Assembly (NCBI GenBank): GCA_963835575.1
Contig: CAWIGG010000005.1
Coordinates: 128,001-192,000, forward strand
Source of the DNA: an uncultured Spirochaetota bacterium
GTDB taxonomy: Bacteria; Spirochaetota; Brevinematia; Brevinematales; JAOACQ01
Length of the DNA stretch: 64,000 nucleotides
Direction: 5' to 3'
The notes below the pieces were generated by a model. The model did not search any database. It was given only the letters and a program-made list of their open reading frames with translations, and had not been told where the DNA came from. The position numbers and the translations under genes were made by a program. Below, piece after piece: positions 10,326 to 21,438 of the stretch (the first letter of the stretch is position 1; each line of letters begins with the position of its first letter).

Positions 10326-11732
10326 TCACCCGGGCTGTTTCCAGCCGGTCATATCCCTTACTGACACCAGCAGGACTTTTTCGCCCTTTAGTTCAAAAAC
10401 TGACAAAAGAACATCGGCTTGAAATTCTTCTCCGTTTTTTCGTTTGAACTTTCCGTTTAACCTGCAGGAGCCGGTATCAAAAGCTTCCTTGATTTTTGCT
10501 TTAAATACTACAGGCGAATCCCCGCCCAATACCTCCGCCGGATCAGCGGCGGTAAGTTCGTTTTTATTATCAAAGCCGAAGAGCTTCAAGGCTTCAGTGT
10601 TGCAGTCTATAAACCCCATTTCATTCAGAAATATCAGCGCGTCCCTTGAGTTTTCCATAAGGGCTTTGAACTCTTCCCCGCATTCCTGAAGTCTCATCTC
10701 TGTTTTCCTGATAAGGCTGTTATCATGGAATGTCACCAGCCTTCCTATTATATGATGCAATTCATCCTTTATAAATGTTACGCGGACCGACAGGATCATC
10801 ATCGGCTCCAATGAATACATCCATTCTTCCTCATTTTCGAAATCGGAAAACATGTTTTCCAGAAGACCGGGCCATTTCGCGAATAAATCCTCAGCCTTCT
10901 GCCCCATATTTTTTAACGACAGGTTGAACCTGAGGGCCGCGGAAGGATTAAAATCAGCCAGATGGCCTTTCAGATCTATGACCAGGAAACTGTCATGCAT
11001 CGCTTCCATTACACGGCGGCCGGCAATAGGAAGGAGCGCCAGGAATTCATATTTTGGTACCGCGTAAGAGATCAGCACGACCATTATACCGAAGGCCAGG
11101 GGTGTAAAGTCATAACCCATTAAAGGAATAAGCTTGAATACATAGACTAAATTCCATGAAATGACAACCAGGGCCGCGGCAAATACTATGACAGCCTGCT
11201 TTTTATATATTCCCCTGGTGATAACGGCATTGATCAGGTTCAGGATAAGACCTGTACCCATAAATGAATATAAGAATGCGGCCATTACCCAGAACAGCGG
11301 ACCATACGTTATATTCAATCCATTATCAGAGGTCAGTGCAAAGGACGTCCAGAACAGATTATGCAGCGGATTAGTCCAGAATAAAAGAAGAAAGCCGGCG
11401 GACAATAACGGCAGGATTATTGAAAAAGCCTTCAGCGTCTTTTTCAGCAGGCTGGTGTAAGCGATTGAAAAAAGCAGGAAGAACACTGCCGACATCGGAA
11501 TACCAATGTACTCAAATTGCTTTATCAGAATCTTTGTCTGCAGAGTAGCGGCCGCTGTTTCAAATAAAGAGCCTGTTACCCATATAAAGGAAAATACAAT
11601 AAGCCATAACCCATAGCCGGCCGCCGGATGCTCTTTTTTTTCCTTCATCAAAAAAGCCACTCTGATCAGGAAAATGGAGGTTAAAGCGGCGGCGATAGAA
11701 TAAAATGAGAACTTCCAGATCATACAACTCAT
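10326..11732 (-). CDS. HisKA_7TM-type membrane sensor with two PAS domains and no output domain
   Basis: Seven hydrophobic helices (FEYIGI, LFWTNPLHNLFW, YGPLFW, DFTPLAF) followed by PAS motifs (DSFLVIDLKG.LADFNPSA; SRDALI...DCNTEALKLFG; FKRKNGEEF..DV). The stop comes directly after the second PAS. Confidence 0.75.
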   Translation of the reverse strand: MSCMIWKFSFYSIAAALTSIFLIRVAFLMKEKKEHPAAGYGLWLIVFSFIWVTGSLFETAAATLQTKILIKQFEYIGIPMSAVFFLLFSIAYTSLLKKTLKAFSIILPLLSAGFLLLFWTNPLHNLFWTSFALTSDNGLNITYGPLFWVMAAFLYSFMGTGLILNLINAVITRGIYKKQAVIVFAAALVVISWNLVYVFKLIPLMGYDFTPLAFGIMVVLISYAVPKYEFLALLPIAGRRVMEAMHDSFLVIDLKGHLADFNPSAALRFNLSLKNMGQKAEDLFAKWPGLLENMFSDFENEEEWMYSLEPMMILSVRVTFIKDELHHIIGRLVTFHDNSLIRKTEMRLQECGEEFKALMENSRDALIFLNEMGFIDCNTEALKLFGFDNKNELTAADPAEVLGGDSPVVFKAKIKEAFDTGSCRLNGKFKRKNGEEFQADVLLSVFELKGEKVLLVSVRDMTGWKQPG

Positions 11733-11898
11733 CCCTATTAAAATATTTAATTTTTTAATCTGATTGATAGGATTTCATCATTCCGACCGGAGTTTTTATT
11801 TGTATATGAGTATTTTAACTGACAAACCGTATAATGTAAACATTAAATTTATTTTATCCCGAACCGGGATAAATATAATCTTTCATTAAAAAAAAGTA

Positions 11899-11927
11899 TT
11901 TACATTTATTCATAATAATTATATAAT
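11899..11927 (+). promoter_or_regulatory. Putative sigma70 promoter of HD-GYP gene 1
   Basis: TTTACA-17 bp-TATAAT. A similar TTTACA-16-TATAAT lies at 14440-14467 upstream of the paralog. Confidence 0.5.
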
Positions 11928-12012
11928 TCTTTGGAAGGTGCCGGATTTCAAGATGTTCCTATTTTAAAAAATAGCTGAGCGGATTTTTCAATTTTAGTAT
12001 TAAGAGTGAGAT

Positions 12013-14328
12013 ATGAATAAAAGCAAAAAAAAATCAAGGCTGACCATAGGTTTCCTGATTGACACCGTAGACACACCCTATCATTTAAACATATTGAGCG
12101 CCATCAATGATGCCTTACAGGAAAAAGACGCCAACCTGATTTGTTTTCAGGGCGGTTTCATATCCGATGACAGGAATTATTACACAACCATGAATAAACT
12201 GTTCGATTTTGCCAACTCAAATTACCTTGACGGTATCATCGTGCTCGGTACAACCGTTTTCCGCACGGCCAGGAAACAGAAAATCCTGCAATTTTATAAT
12301 AAATTCAAGGACCTTCCGATTGTCAATATCGGCGAAAAAATCGAGGGTATCCCTAACATCCAGACCGACAACAAAGCCGGTATGAAGAAATTAATCGATC
12401 ATCTGATCCATCATCACCATTTCAAAAAAATCGCTTTTATCAAAGGAAGGGAAGGCGTCATAGACACGCAAGAAAGGCTGGAAGCTTATATTGAAACCCT
12501 GAAGGCCAATCAAATGGAAATCGATAAAAAGATGATAGTGCCCGGCGATTTTCTGACGAGCTCGGGCATAGAGGCCGTTAAAATGTTTCTGGATGAAAGA
12601 AAAATGAGGCCTGATGCCATCATAGCCTCCAACGATCACATGGCCATGGGAGCCATTGAGGAACTGGCCAGGCGCGGCATTCAGGTCCCTTTTGACATGG
12701 CCGTAACCGGTTTTGACAATATCGAACTGAGCCAGTATTCCCTGCCGCCCATTACGACCGTATCACAGCCTTACCGGGAACTCGGCAGAACGGCAGCTGA
12801 TATACTGTTTGACTTGATAGAAAAGAAAGCGGCGCCGGAATCCGTACTTCTGCCGACGGAATTGATCATCCGCGATTCTTGCTCGTACCTCTGTTCTGCA
12901 AAACGAGTTAATCCTGTTCCCGCTGGCCGGAATCCAGACGAAAAGCACCTGGATCACATGATGGAATATCTGAGAACCGCCAATCCACTCTTAAAAGACC
13001 AGAATTCAATCCGGCCTGTTCTTGAAAACATAATAAACGCTTTTTTATCAAGCATAGAAAATAACAATAGAGACGATTTCTTCAGATTTCTCAACAAAAT
13101 GATCAGTGATAAAGTTTTTGAAAATAATGAAATGTTCGGTTTACACAGCCTTATTGACAGTCTCAGGAACACTGTTCTGCCGTCACTAACGGACGCCGGG
13201 AAAAAAGCGCTTGGCGAGGACATCTGCAACCACTCCCTGATAATATTCACGAGGCAGATCGCAAAAAACCAGATTCTTGTTTATGACGAACTTTCGACAT
13301 TCCAGCAGACCTTGAACTCCATTCACCAGGGCCTTTATATGGCTTTGAAAACCCGTGAACAGATCAAAATCCTGGAAAAGAGACTGCCTGAACTGGGAAT
13401 TAAAAGCGCTTTTTTATCATTATTTACCAACCGAAAGGAAACCAGATTAAAAACGGCTATGGTTTACGATGAATCCGGAGCTATCAATACAGCAAAATCA
13501 AAAGAGATCACGGCCGGCGAAAATCTCATCCCCGAAGGCCTGCCGTTGTCGGGAAGGAGGGTCACGTATATCATCGAACTGCTGGTCAACCAGGGCATTA
13601 TTGCTGTGGAAATGGTGCCTATCGAAAAAAGCGTTGTCTATAGAAGCCTGAGGGAACACCTGTGGATCGCGTTTGGAAGCTCGAAACTTTTCAGCGAGCT
13701 TCAGGAGCAGAAAAACAATCTCAGCGCCAATTTGAAAGAACTCCGGATGGCAATGGAAGGATATCTTGAAACAATGGCGCTCATCCTGGAAGCCAGAGAT
13801 CCCTACACGGCCGGGCATCAAAGAAGGGTTTCCGACCTGGCAAGGAGCATAGCCGCTGAAATGCGCCTGTCTGATGATCAGATTGAATGCATCAGAATGG
13901 CCGGCATAGTGCATGATCTCGGTAAAATTCGTATTCCTGCGGAAATACTCAATAAACCAAGCAAATTGTCAGACATAGAATTCGCCCTGATTAAAGACCA
14001 CCCGGCCGTCGCCTATAAAGTCCTGCAGAATATAGACTTTCCCTGGCCTCTCGCCGAAGTGGTTTATCAACACCATGAAAGGATCGACGGTTCAGGCTAT
14101 CCGCTTGGGCTGAAAGGAGAAAAGATGAGGGTTGAGGCCAAAATACTCAGCGTGGCAGATGTTATAGAAGCTATGGCTTCCTACCGGCCGTACAGGCCTG
14201 CTTTAGGCATTGAAAAAGCTCTGGAAGAAATCATTAAAAACAAAGGCATTCTTTATGATCCGGCTGTTGTTGAAGCCTGTTTGAAGCTTTTCAATATAAA
14301 AGGCTATAAATTTATTGACAACAAATAA
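12013..14328 (+). CDS. LacI-type sugar-binding domain fused to an HD-GYP cyclic-dinucleotide phosphodiesterase
   Basis: Peripla_BP-like N-terminus (DN..GM, AIIASNDHMA.G, VTGFDNI, PPITTVSQP) with no HTH. C-terminal RDPYTAGHQRRV, HDLGK, HHERIDGSGYP. Confidence 0.9.
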   Translation: MNKSKKKSRLTIGFLIDTVDTPYHLNILSAINDALQEKDANLICFQGGFISDDRNYYTTMNKLFDFANSNYLDGIIVLGTTVFRTARKQKILQFYNKFKDLPIVNIGEKIEGIPNIQTDNKAGMKKLIDHLIHHHHFKKIAFIKGREGVIDTQERLEAYIETLKANQMEIDKKMIVPGDFLTSSGIEAVKMFLDERKMRPDAIIASNDHMAMGAIEELARRGIQVPFDMAVTGFDNIELSQYSLPPITTVSQPYRELGRTAADILFDLIEKKAAPESVLLPTELIIRDSCSYLCSAKRVNPVPAGRNPDEKHLDHMMEYLRTANPLLKDQNSIRPVLENIINAFLSSIENNNRDDFFRFLNKMISDKVFENNEMFGLHSLIDSLRNTVLPSLTDAGKKALGEDICNHSLIIFTRQIAKNQILVYDELSTFQQTLNSIHQGLYMALKTREQIKILEKRLPELGIKSAFLSLFTNRKETRLKTAMVYDESGAINTAKSKEITAGENLIPEGLPLSGRRVTYIIELLVNQGIIAVEMVPIEKSVVYRSLREHLWIAFGSSKLFSELQEQKNNLSANLKELRMAMEGYLETMALILEARDPYTAGHQRRVSDLARSIAAEMRLSDDQIECIRMAGIVHDLGKIRIPAEILNKPSKLSDIEFALIKDHPAVAYKVLQNIDFPWPLAEVVYQHHERIDGSGYPLGLKGEKMRVEAKILSVADVIEAMASYRPYRPALGIEKALEEIIKNKGILYDPAVVEACLKLFNIKGYKFIDNK

Positions 14329-14522
14329 GGATTATAATATATGTTCAATAAAACAAATCTCAATTTCCGTATCTCTCCTGACTGGCACAGTAGAAGAGCT
14401 TTAACTCCCGGTCAATCTTTTTATTATTATTAAAAACTATTTACATTTATATAAAAAACGTTATAATTCAAAAAAGCCGGCTTCAAATCGTCAGATTCTA
14501 AATTTTTATAACCGGGGGCAAG

Positions 14523-16836
14523 ATGAGTTCAACAAAGAAACCAAGGCCGACAATCGGCTTAATTTCGGACAGTTTTGACGCGCCTTATGTATCCAAAATT
14601 TTTGACTCAATCAATAATACAGCAAAGGAAAGAGATGCCAATTTGATCTGTTTTGACGGCGGGAACTTAGATCCCCGCAGATCTTATTACCGTACTCTCA
14701 ATAAATTGTATGACTTTATCAACCCGAATGTTGTGAATGGAATCATTGTCCTGGGTTCGACGCTTTTTCACAATACAAACCGGAAGGCCGTCTTTAATTT
14801 TTATAATAAATTCGGAAAAATTCCAATTGTCAATGTCGGGATTCAAATAGACGGAATTCCCAGCGTCCTTGTGGATAACAAAACCGGAATGAAAAGCCTG
14901 ATGAATCATCTCATCCATCACCACGAATTTAGAAAATTCTCATTTGTAAAGGGCTCTGAAGGATCCCTGGATGCAGAGGAACAATACGATGTTTTTATTG
15001 AAACTCTCAAAGAAAACAAAATTGAAATTGATGAAAACCTGATCTTTCCGGGAAATTTCCTTCCGGAAGCCGGTATCAATGCTGTCAGGGCAATCTTTGA
15101 CGGCAAAAGAGAGAAACCCGATGCCATCATCGCCGCCAACGACCATATGGCCATGGGCGCAGTTGAAGAACTAAAAAACAGGGGTATCCAGGTACCGTTC
15201 GATTTGGCCGTCACAGGTTTCGACAATATCGAAAACAGCCAATATACTATCCCTCCGATCACGACGGTTTCTCAGCCTTTCCATGAAATAGGAAAAACAG
15301 CGACAGACTTTTTGATTGATTTATTCGAAGAGAAAAATGTACCGAAAACGACCCTGCTTCCCACGGAATTGGTCATCAGAGACTCCTGCTCCTACTTCTG
15401 CTCGAAAAATTCCATAATATGCCTTCCCTCATCAGGAACGGACAAAAATAAAATGTCCGAAAATCTGCTGAGGTATCTGAACGCTACCCGTTCGATCAAT
15501 AACAGCAGTTCTTCCGTTTTTTCCGTCATAGAAAGAATAGTGAACGCCTTTTTAACAAGCATCGAGACTGGAGATAAAAACGAATTTTTCAAGACAATGA
15601 ATGAGATGATCGGCGACAATACGTTTGAGAATAACGGGATTACTGATATTCACAATCTCATATCAGGACTTAGAAGCGTAGTTTTACCGCTGATTTCCGA
15701 CAATCGGAAAAAGGAATTAGGCGAAGACATCTGCCATCAGATTCTTATCATATTCACATATAAAATAGCACAGAAGCAGCTTCTCATTTATGATGAAGTA
15801 TCGTCTTTCCAGCTGGCTCTGAACTCTTTCCAGGAGGAGATCTTCACGACTTTCGAAAAAAAGAAACAATTCAAAGTTCTTGAAAATAGTCTGCCCGATC
15901 TCGGATTAACAATCTGCAGTCTTTCACTGTTTACGGATGAAAGGGAAACCGAAGCGAAAACGGTCATGGCCTATAACGAGAAAGGAATGATAAATATTTC
16001 CGGGCTAAAAAGGATCAATCTGAAGAATAACCTCTTCCCGGAAGAGTTTCTGTCATCCGGGAACAGATACACGTTTATCGCAGAGATTCTGGTGGACCAA
16101 GGCATTCTTATTATGGGCATACTGCCTAAGGAAAAAGTCCGGCTCTACAGGATCTTAAGGGAAATTTTAAAGATCGCGTTCAACAGCTCCCTATTTTTTC
16201 ATGAGCTTCAGGGACAGAAGAATCAGCTGGACAACAATATAAAGGAATTGAGAATAACGATGGAAGGCTATCTTGAAACAATGGCCTTGATCCTGGAAGC
16301 GCGCGACCCGTACACGGCCGGTCATCAGAGAAGGGTGTCCGACCTTGCCAGAAATATTGCCGCCGAAATGGGTCTTTCAAAGGATCAGATCGAGTGCATC
16401 AGGATGGCCCGGCATCGTCCATGACCTCGGTAAAATCAGGATACCCGCCGAAATCCTGAATAAACCAAGTAAGCTTTCTGAAATAGAATTCGCCCTGATC
16501 AGAGACCATCCGACAGTAGCATACAGGGTCTTGCAGAATATCAAGTTTCCATGGCCTCTCGCCGAAGTGGTTTATCAGCACCACGAAAGGATCGACGGTT
16601 CAGGCTACCCTCGTGGACTGAAAGGCGAAGAGATGAGGATTGAGGCGAAAATACTCAGCGTTGCGGATGTGATCGAAGCCATGGCTTCCTACCGGCCTTA
16701 CAGGCCTGCTTTAGGCATTGAAAAAGCCCTGGAAGAAATCATTAAAAACAAAGGCGTTCTTTATGATCCGGATGTTGTTGAAGCCTGTTTGAAGCTTTTC
16801 AATATAAAAGGCTATAAATTTATTGACAACAAATAA
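14523..16836 (+). CDS. Tandem paralog: LacI-type sugar-binding domain plus HD-GYP, frameshifted at ~16410
   Basis: Same architecture as 12013-14328. An extra C in atggcCcggcatc splits CIRMAGIVHDLGK between ORFs 14523-16424 and 16345-16836. Confidence 0.85.
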
Positions 16837-16838
16837 AT

Positions 16839-16868
16839 AACGCCCCGCCTGATTAAGACGGGGCGTTT
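16839..16868. terminator. Intrinsic terminator hairpin between convergent genes
   Basis: aacgccccg...cggggcgtt. Confidence 0.65.
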
Positions 16869-16887
16869 AACTTTCATAGTTCACAGA

Positions 16888-17370
16888 TTACTTTTTACCC
16901 TTCTTGCCGTGCGGCGCTTCTATACGCTTTACATTCAGCAGCAGTATGACTTTGCCCTGCTGGGTCGGCGTCAGTATGTCGCGAGACTGGTCAATATACT
17001 TATTCCTGATCGACTCCATTTTCTGTCTGTTGCTGTTGATTGTTTCTATTATGGGTTTTATTTCCTCGTCTTTTGAACCGATATTGAGTTTATCGTTCAG
17101 GTATTTCAAGTCGACAATCATCTGTTTAACAAGAGGCTCCAGTTCCCCCTTTTCATTAGAAGCCATTGTCTGCAGTTTTTTCGTCTGGTCATCTGTTAAA
17201 CCCAGAATTTTTTTGAACTTTAAAATACTGTTCGCGTATGCAAGCTCGCCGTTCACCTGCCGCAGACTATTGTCTACTGCATAGCCGGATTGCGCGCATA
17301 CAATTAAAAAAGCCGTCATCAAAAAAACGGCAAGAACCGTATAAAACAATTTTTTCATATTTTCCTCCAT
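16888..17370 (-). CDS. Spy/CpxP family periplasmic protein
   Basis: Signal peptide and two LTxxQ motifs (LGLTDDQ, ILTPTQQ). Confidence 0.75.
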   Translation of the reverse strand: MEENMKKLFYTVLAVFLMTAFLIVCAQSGYAVDNSLRQVNGELAYANSILKFKKILGLTDDQTKKLQTMASNEKGELEPLVKQMIVDLKYLNDKLNIGSKDEEIKPIIETINSNRQKMESIRNKYIDQSRDILTPTQQGKVILLLNVKRIEAPHGKKGKK

Positions 17371-17485
17371 TATTTATTTTAGCTGTTAGGCATGATTATT
17401 GCAAAAATCATTCAGACTCTGGAAAAGCACTTTAGAAAAAGCGCTTTATTTATTAACCATAAAAAACACTAAGAATCACTAATCT

Positions 17486-17573
17486 TCCGCTAAGCCACGC
17501 TAAGTCACGCTAAGTGAAAATTACTATACAAATTATTCGTTTTTATTCGCGTCCATTCGCGTGCCTTAGCGGA
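17486..17573. repeat. 10-bp-period inverted-repeat pair
   Basis: tccgctaagccacgctaagtcacgctaag versus attcgcgtccattcgcgtgccttagcgga. Same family as 30531-30559/38035-38063. Confidence 0.8.
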
Positions 17574-17644
17574 TTATCCGTCTAATAGTAGTGATTATAA
17601 TCATCTGCGAAGCTATGCCCTGAGCAAGCACAGCACGTCTAACT

Positions 17645-19057
17645 TCAAGTTCCTTTCTTTCGGAAAATCCTCTCGTTAATATCCTGGATGAAATCAAGCA
17701 TATCGAGGGCCGGTTTATAGATATAGAAATAATGAAATTTCGGCGATTTTTCAGTCTCGCGGACTTCCTTAAAAGTTTTTCGGCCGATTATAATAACCGC
17801 GATCCTGAGAACCGCGGAGAGTAGAAAAACAGCCGTGAACGCATTGAGAAACCCGAATTTAAAATGGGCCCTGAGCAGTAAATCAGACAGCAGCCCTCCC
17901 GCGGCACAGCCTAGAAAAACACAGAAAGAGTTCAGCATGTTAAAATAGGACATCACCTTTGAGATATTCTCCCGCCTGACCGCATCAAATATGAAATTAC
18001 TGGTGGCCAGATTCACGCCGGCCCAGACAAACCCGCCGAAAACCTGCATGAGCAGGATCAGATAAAAGTTTTTGACAAAAACCCAGAATATGGCCAGAAG
18101 AGGCAGCGCCAGCGACGCGATGATCAGGACCCTGTAGTTGCCGTATTTATCGGAGAGCGGCCCCCAGTATGTCATAAAAATAAACGAAGTGATGGTACCG
18201 ACCATCATTACGGCCGTGAACTGAAGGTAGTTAAAATGAAGGCTCTGGAGAATATAAACCGGCAGGATCGGGCCGAGCAGATTGGCGGAAAATGAGATCA
18301 GAATAATAAACAGGACAAACCTTCCGAAATTGGTTGCGGTTAATTTCTTTAAAAAAGTAGTGAATTTAAAAGTACCGCTTTCCTCGGTCACTTTCATTTT
18401 CGGCTCATACTGCCTCTGCAGAAGAAAAATGCTGGAAAACCGGAACGCGAACCCTGCTATAAACAGGATACCGTAAGCCAGGACTTCATGCCCGAATCTT
18501 TTGGCAAAAAAGAGACTGACGCCTGCAAGTGAAATAGCAATGAACTGCGCTATTCCCATATAGCGGTTCCGGATGCCCCAGTATTCCCCTCGGACCTTAC
18601 CGGGCATTAAATCATGCATCCATGAAAGCCAACCGGGCCCGCCGAAATTCGAGGCACTGAGCCCGAGGCAGTAAAATACCACTATGAACCATGGATTTTT
18701 TGTCAGGGCTGTAATAACAAATACAAAAACCCAGGAAGACGCATGGACTATATTGCAGATAATGGAAAGCTTCCGCCGCTTTTTAAACCAGTGTATAAAG
18801 CGCGCGCCCGCAAGCTGGGCAATACCGGCGCCCAGCTGTCCGAACCCCTGGATCAGACTTACCTGGAAAACAGAAGCCCCGAATATCAGCGCAAAGGGAA
18901 CAATGTAATTCTCGGCAAAGCCGAACATTACCGCCCAGACAATTCCATCCAGAGTGGAATAATAAAGCCCCCGCCTGATATCCCTGTCATCGATTTTTTT
19001 CAAAAAAGAACGTAACGACATAATAAATATTTTAGCGTTATGGCCCCGAAATATCAA
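17645..19057 (-). CDS. MFS transporter
   Basis: About 12 hydrophobic segments; MFS loop motif WGPLSDKYGNYRVL. Confidence 0.85.
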   Translation of the reverse strand: MIFRGHNAKIFIMSLRSFLKKIDDRDIRRGLYYSTLDGIVWAVMFGFAENYIVPFALIFGASVFQVSLIQGFGQLGAGIAQLAGARFIHWFKKRRKLSIICNIVHASSWVFVFVITALTKNPWFIVVFYCLGLSASNFGGPGWLSWMHDLMPGKVRGEYWGIRNRYMGIAQFIAISLAGVSLFFAKRFGHEVLAYGILFIAGFAFRFSSIFLLQRQYEPKMKVTEESGTFKFTTFLKKLTATNFGRFVLFIILISFSANLLGPILPVYILQSLHFNYLQFTAVMMVGTITSFIFMTYWGPLSDKYGNYRVLIIASLALPLLAIFWVFVKNFYLILLMQVFGGFVWAGVNLATSNFIFDAVRRENISKVMSYFNMLNSFCVFLGCAAGGLLSDLLLRAHFKFGFLNAFTAVFLLSAVLRIAVIIIGRKTFKEVRETEKSPKFHYFYIYKPALDMLDFIQDINERIFRKKGT

Positions 19058-19260
19058 ATGATTGGCTAAAGCTCTCCAGATTACCTGGTTCAGAGGCGAT
19101 ATTACAGGAATTCATTCTAAGAGATAATCAAAAGTAAGTTAATATTCAAATCTTCCGATAAAAAAAAAGATGCAGTTCAATCCGGCTCACTCAGATAATC
19201 AAACATGATCCCATTGTAATCATGAACATTTGAAAAATTAAAAGGAGATACTTTTCAATT

Positions 19261-20025
19261 ATGAATATAACCATATTCCGGCTCATAATCATATTTATAT
19301 TATTTCTTCTCAACAGCTTTGCATCAGGGGTCCAGGACAGCGATTCCTCTCCGCAGGCATTCCAGGAATTAACGCTTTCAATCAGGGAAGGCAATATTAC
19401 AAAAAAAGATGCGAAAAATAAATTTAAAGAACTTATACCACTGCTTGACCGGTATTTTACATCTCATGGGGGCAGAAACTATTCATCATCTAAATGGGTT
19501 TTTCCGGTCAACGGTTATTCTCCGCGCCGTGCGGAATTAGATAAACGGGATTTTCTATACAGAGGTTATGATTTTTTTGTTTCCAACCGCCATCATGACC
19601 ATCCCGCCTATGACCTGTTTATAAGAGACAACAATCAGGACTGCCTGGACGATAAAACAGGCAGGCCGGTGCAGGTCCTATCCATGACTTCCGGTGTTGT
19701 AGTGGCAATCAACACTAACTGGCAGACAAACGAAGACATACTGGGCGGTAATCATGTCATGGTCTATGATCCGGGAAATGAAGCTTTGATTTATTATGCC
19801 CATAATAAAGAAGTTCTTGTAAAAACAGGCGCTATTGTAAAACCGGGAGACACTCTGGCAATCATGGGAAGGACCGGCACAAAAGCATTCAGAAAAAAAT
19901 CGCCGACGCACGTGCACGTTATGTATTTATCAATTAATAAGGGGATACTCAAACCTGTTAAAATCTATAAAAAATTAAAACAATGCAGAGTGCTGGTTAA
20001 AACAGATCAATCATTTACTCAATAA
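19261..20025 (+). CDS. M23 family metallopeptidase (exported)
   Basis: HxxxD (HPAYD), YYAHN, V..GD.LA.MGRTG and HxH (THVH) motifs; signal peptide. Confidence 0.85.
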   Translation: MNITIFRLIIIFILFLLNSFASGVQDSDSSPQAFQELTLSIREGNITKKDAKNKFKELIPLLDRYFTSHGGRNYSSSKWVFPVNGYSPRRAELDKRDFLYRGYDFFVSNRHHDHPAYDLFIRDNNQDCLDDKTGRPVQVLSMTSGVVVAINTNWQTNEDILGGNHVMVYDPGNEALIYYAHNKEVLVKTGAIVKPGDTLAIMGRTGTKAFRKKSPTHVHVMYLSINKGILKPVKIYKKLKQCRVLVKTDQSFTQ

Positions 20026-20074
20026 AAGTCACTTCTAAAAAACCGCCATAATTAGAACATAGCTATGCTGACGG

Positions 20075-20570
20075 AACCACAGATTACACTGATTACACAG
20101 ATTTAAATTTTGAAGTATAGATTTGGCAAGCTTTGTTAGTGTTCTTGTGTTAGTGTTCTTCATCTTGCCAGGCAACCAAGCGGATCAAGCCTCATTACAA
20201 GTCAGGTAAATTATTTCATATTATTAATGGGCAGTTCTAAAAACTCAAATATTTAGAACTGCCGCTATTATATGAGTTCATGCTACCGCCCGAGTTCGCT
20301 GTCTGAAAAGATCATCAACCAGCGAACTCTATACGGTAGCGCCAATTAAATTTACAAGAGATTCTATAACCGGGGCAGTTCCAAAACCTATGTTGGAAAT
20401 ATCTGATTGATTTTGAGTTTTTGGAACTGCCCTAATATTAAAAAAGAAACGATGTGCAATTCTAGAACGGATATAGTATTAGCAAAATAAAATCTTTAAA
20501 ATCATTATTTCTACAAAATTCTATATTGATTTCACAGAAAACATCAGTGAAATCTGTGGAATCTGTGGTT
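20075..20570. repeat. 9-bp-period inverted-repeat pair enclosing a MITE-like element
   Basis: aaccacagattacactgattacacagatt (20075-20103) versus atcagtgaaatctgtggaatctgtggtt (20543-20570). Confidence 0.8.
20229..20432. mobile_element. MITE-like element (gggcagtt... family), copy 1
   Basis: TIRs gggcagttctaaaaactcaaa / tttgagtttttggaactgccc, flanked by TAAT on both sides. Internal layout is shared with 40548-40761. Confidence 0.65.
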
Positions 20571-21438
20571 GCAATTCTTGAGATGAAATTCCTAAACACG
20601 ATAATAAAATAAAAGTCTTTAATATCACTATAAAGAACAATGTTCTCGATTTTCTATCCTTTCTACATCAAGAAAATCAAACAGGCCTGCGGCCGCCGTA
20701 CATTTTTTTCAGAACATTGCCCATTATATTAATCCTTGCCTTCCGCGGAAGCAGACGCCGGATAATAAAATCGGCCGCTCTGCTGCCGAACCCTGGAATT
20801 GAAACCGGTTTTCTGCCCAAATCTTTCAGGGCCTGTTCTGCAACAATGTCCGGCCGCATCGCATTCATTTTTGCGCCGGGGGAACTCTGACGGTAATTAG
20901 GCGTATCAACAGCGCCGGCAGCGCAGGCTAATATATCGACCCCCTTATCCTTCATTTCATACCATAATCCTTCTGCAAGGATCAAGTTCCAGGCTTTTGT
21001 CGCCGCATAATTGGCTATATACGGCGAACCCTGCGACGAGCTGAGACTGGACATCAGTATTATTCCCCCGCCGCCGCGCCTGATAAAACGGCCGCCGAAA
21101 GAATATGCCAGCGTCAGCGGCCCCCTGCAGTTTACATCTATTTCCTTCAAGTGACGGTCAATGGAATGATCAAAAAACGGCCCGATAAGTGAAAGGGCCG
21201 CGTTATAAACGAGGAGCCCGATGTCCAGACCGGCAGTTTTCCGGTCAATAATTACAGGACTTTCTTCTTCCGAGAGATCAAGGCAGAGCGTCCGGACTTC
21301 GACAGAAAAACTGCTTTTTAAATTTTCCGCCAGAGCCTGAAGTACATCCCGCCGCCTTGCGATTAGTATCAGATTCAGTCCCCGGCCGGCAAGAGATCGG
21401 GCGTAAGCTCCGCCCAGGCCTTCGGACGCGCCGGCTAT

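Noticed and set aside
17387..17403. Sigma54-like GG-N10-GC motif (taggcatgattattgca)
   Set aside because: It points away from the adjacent Spy/CpxP gene and toward no gene start, so it is unsupported as a promoter.
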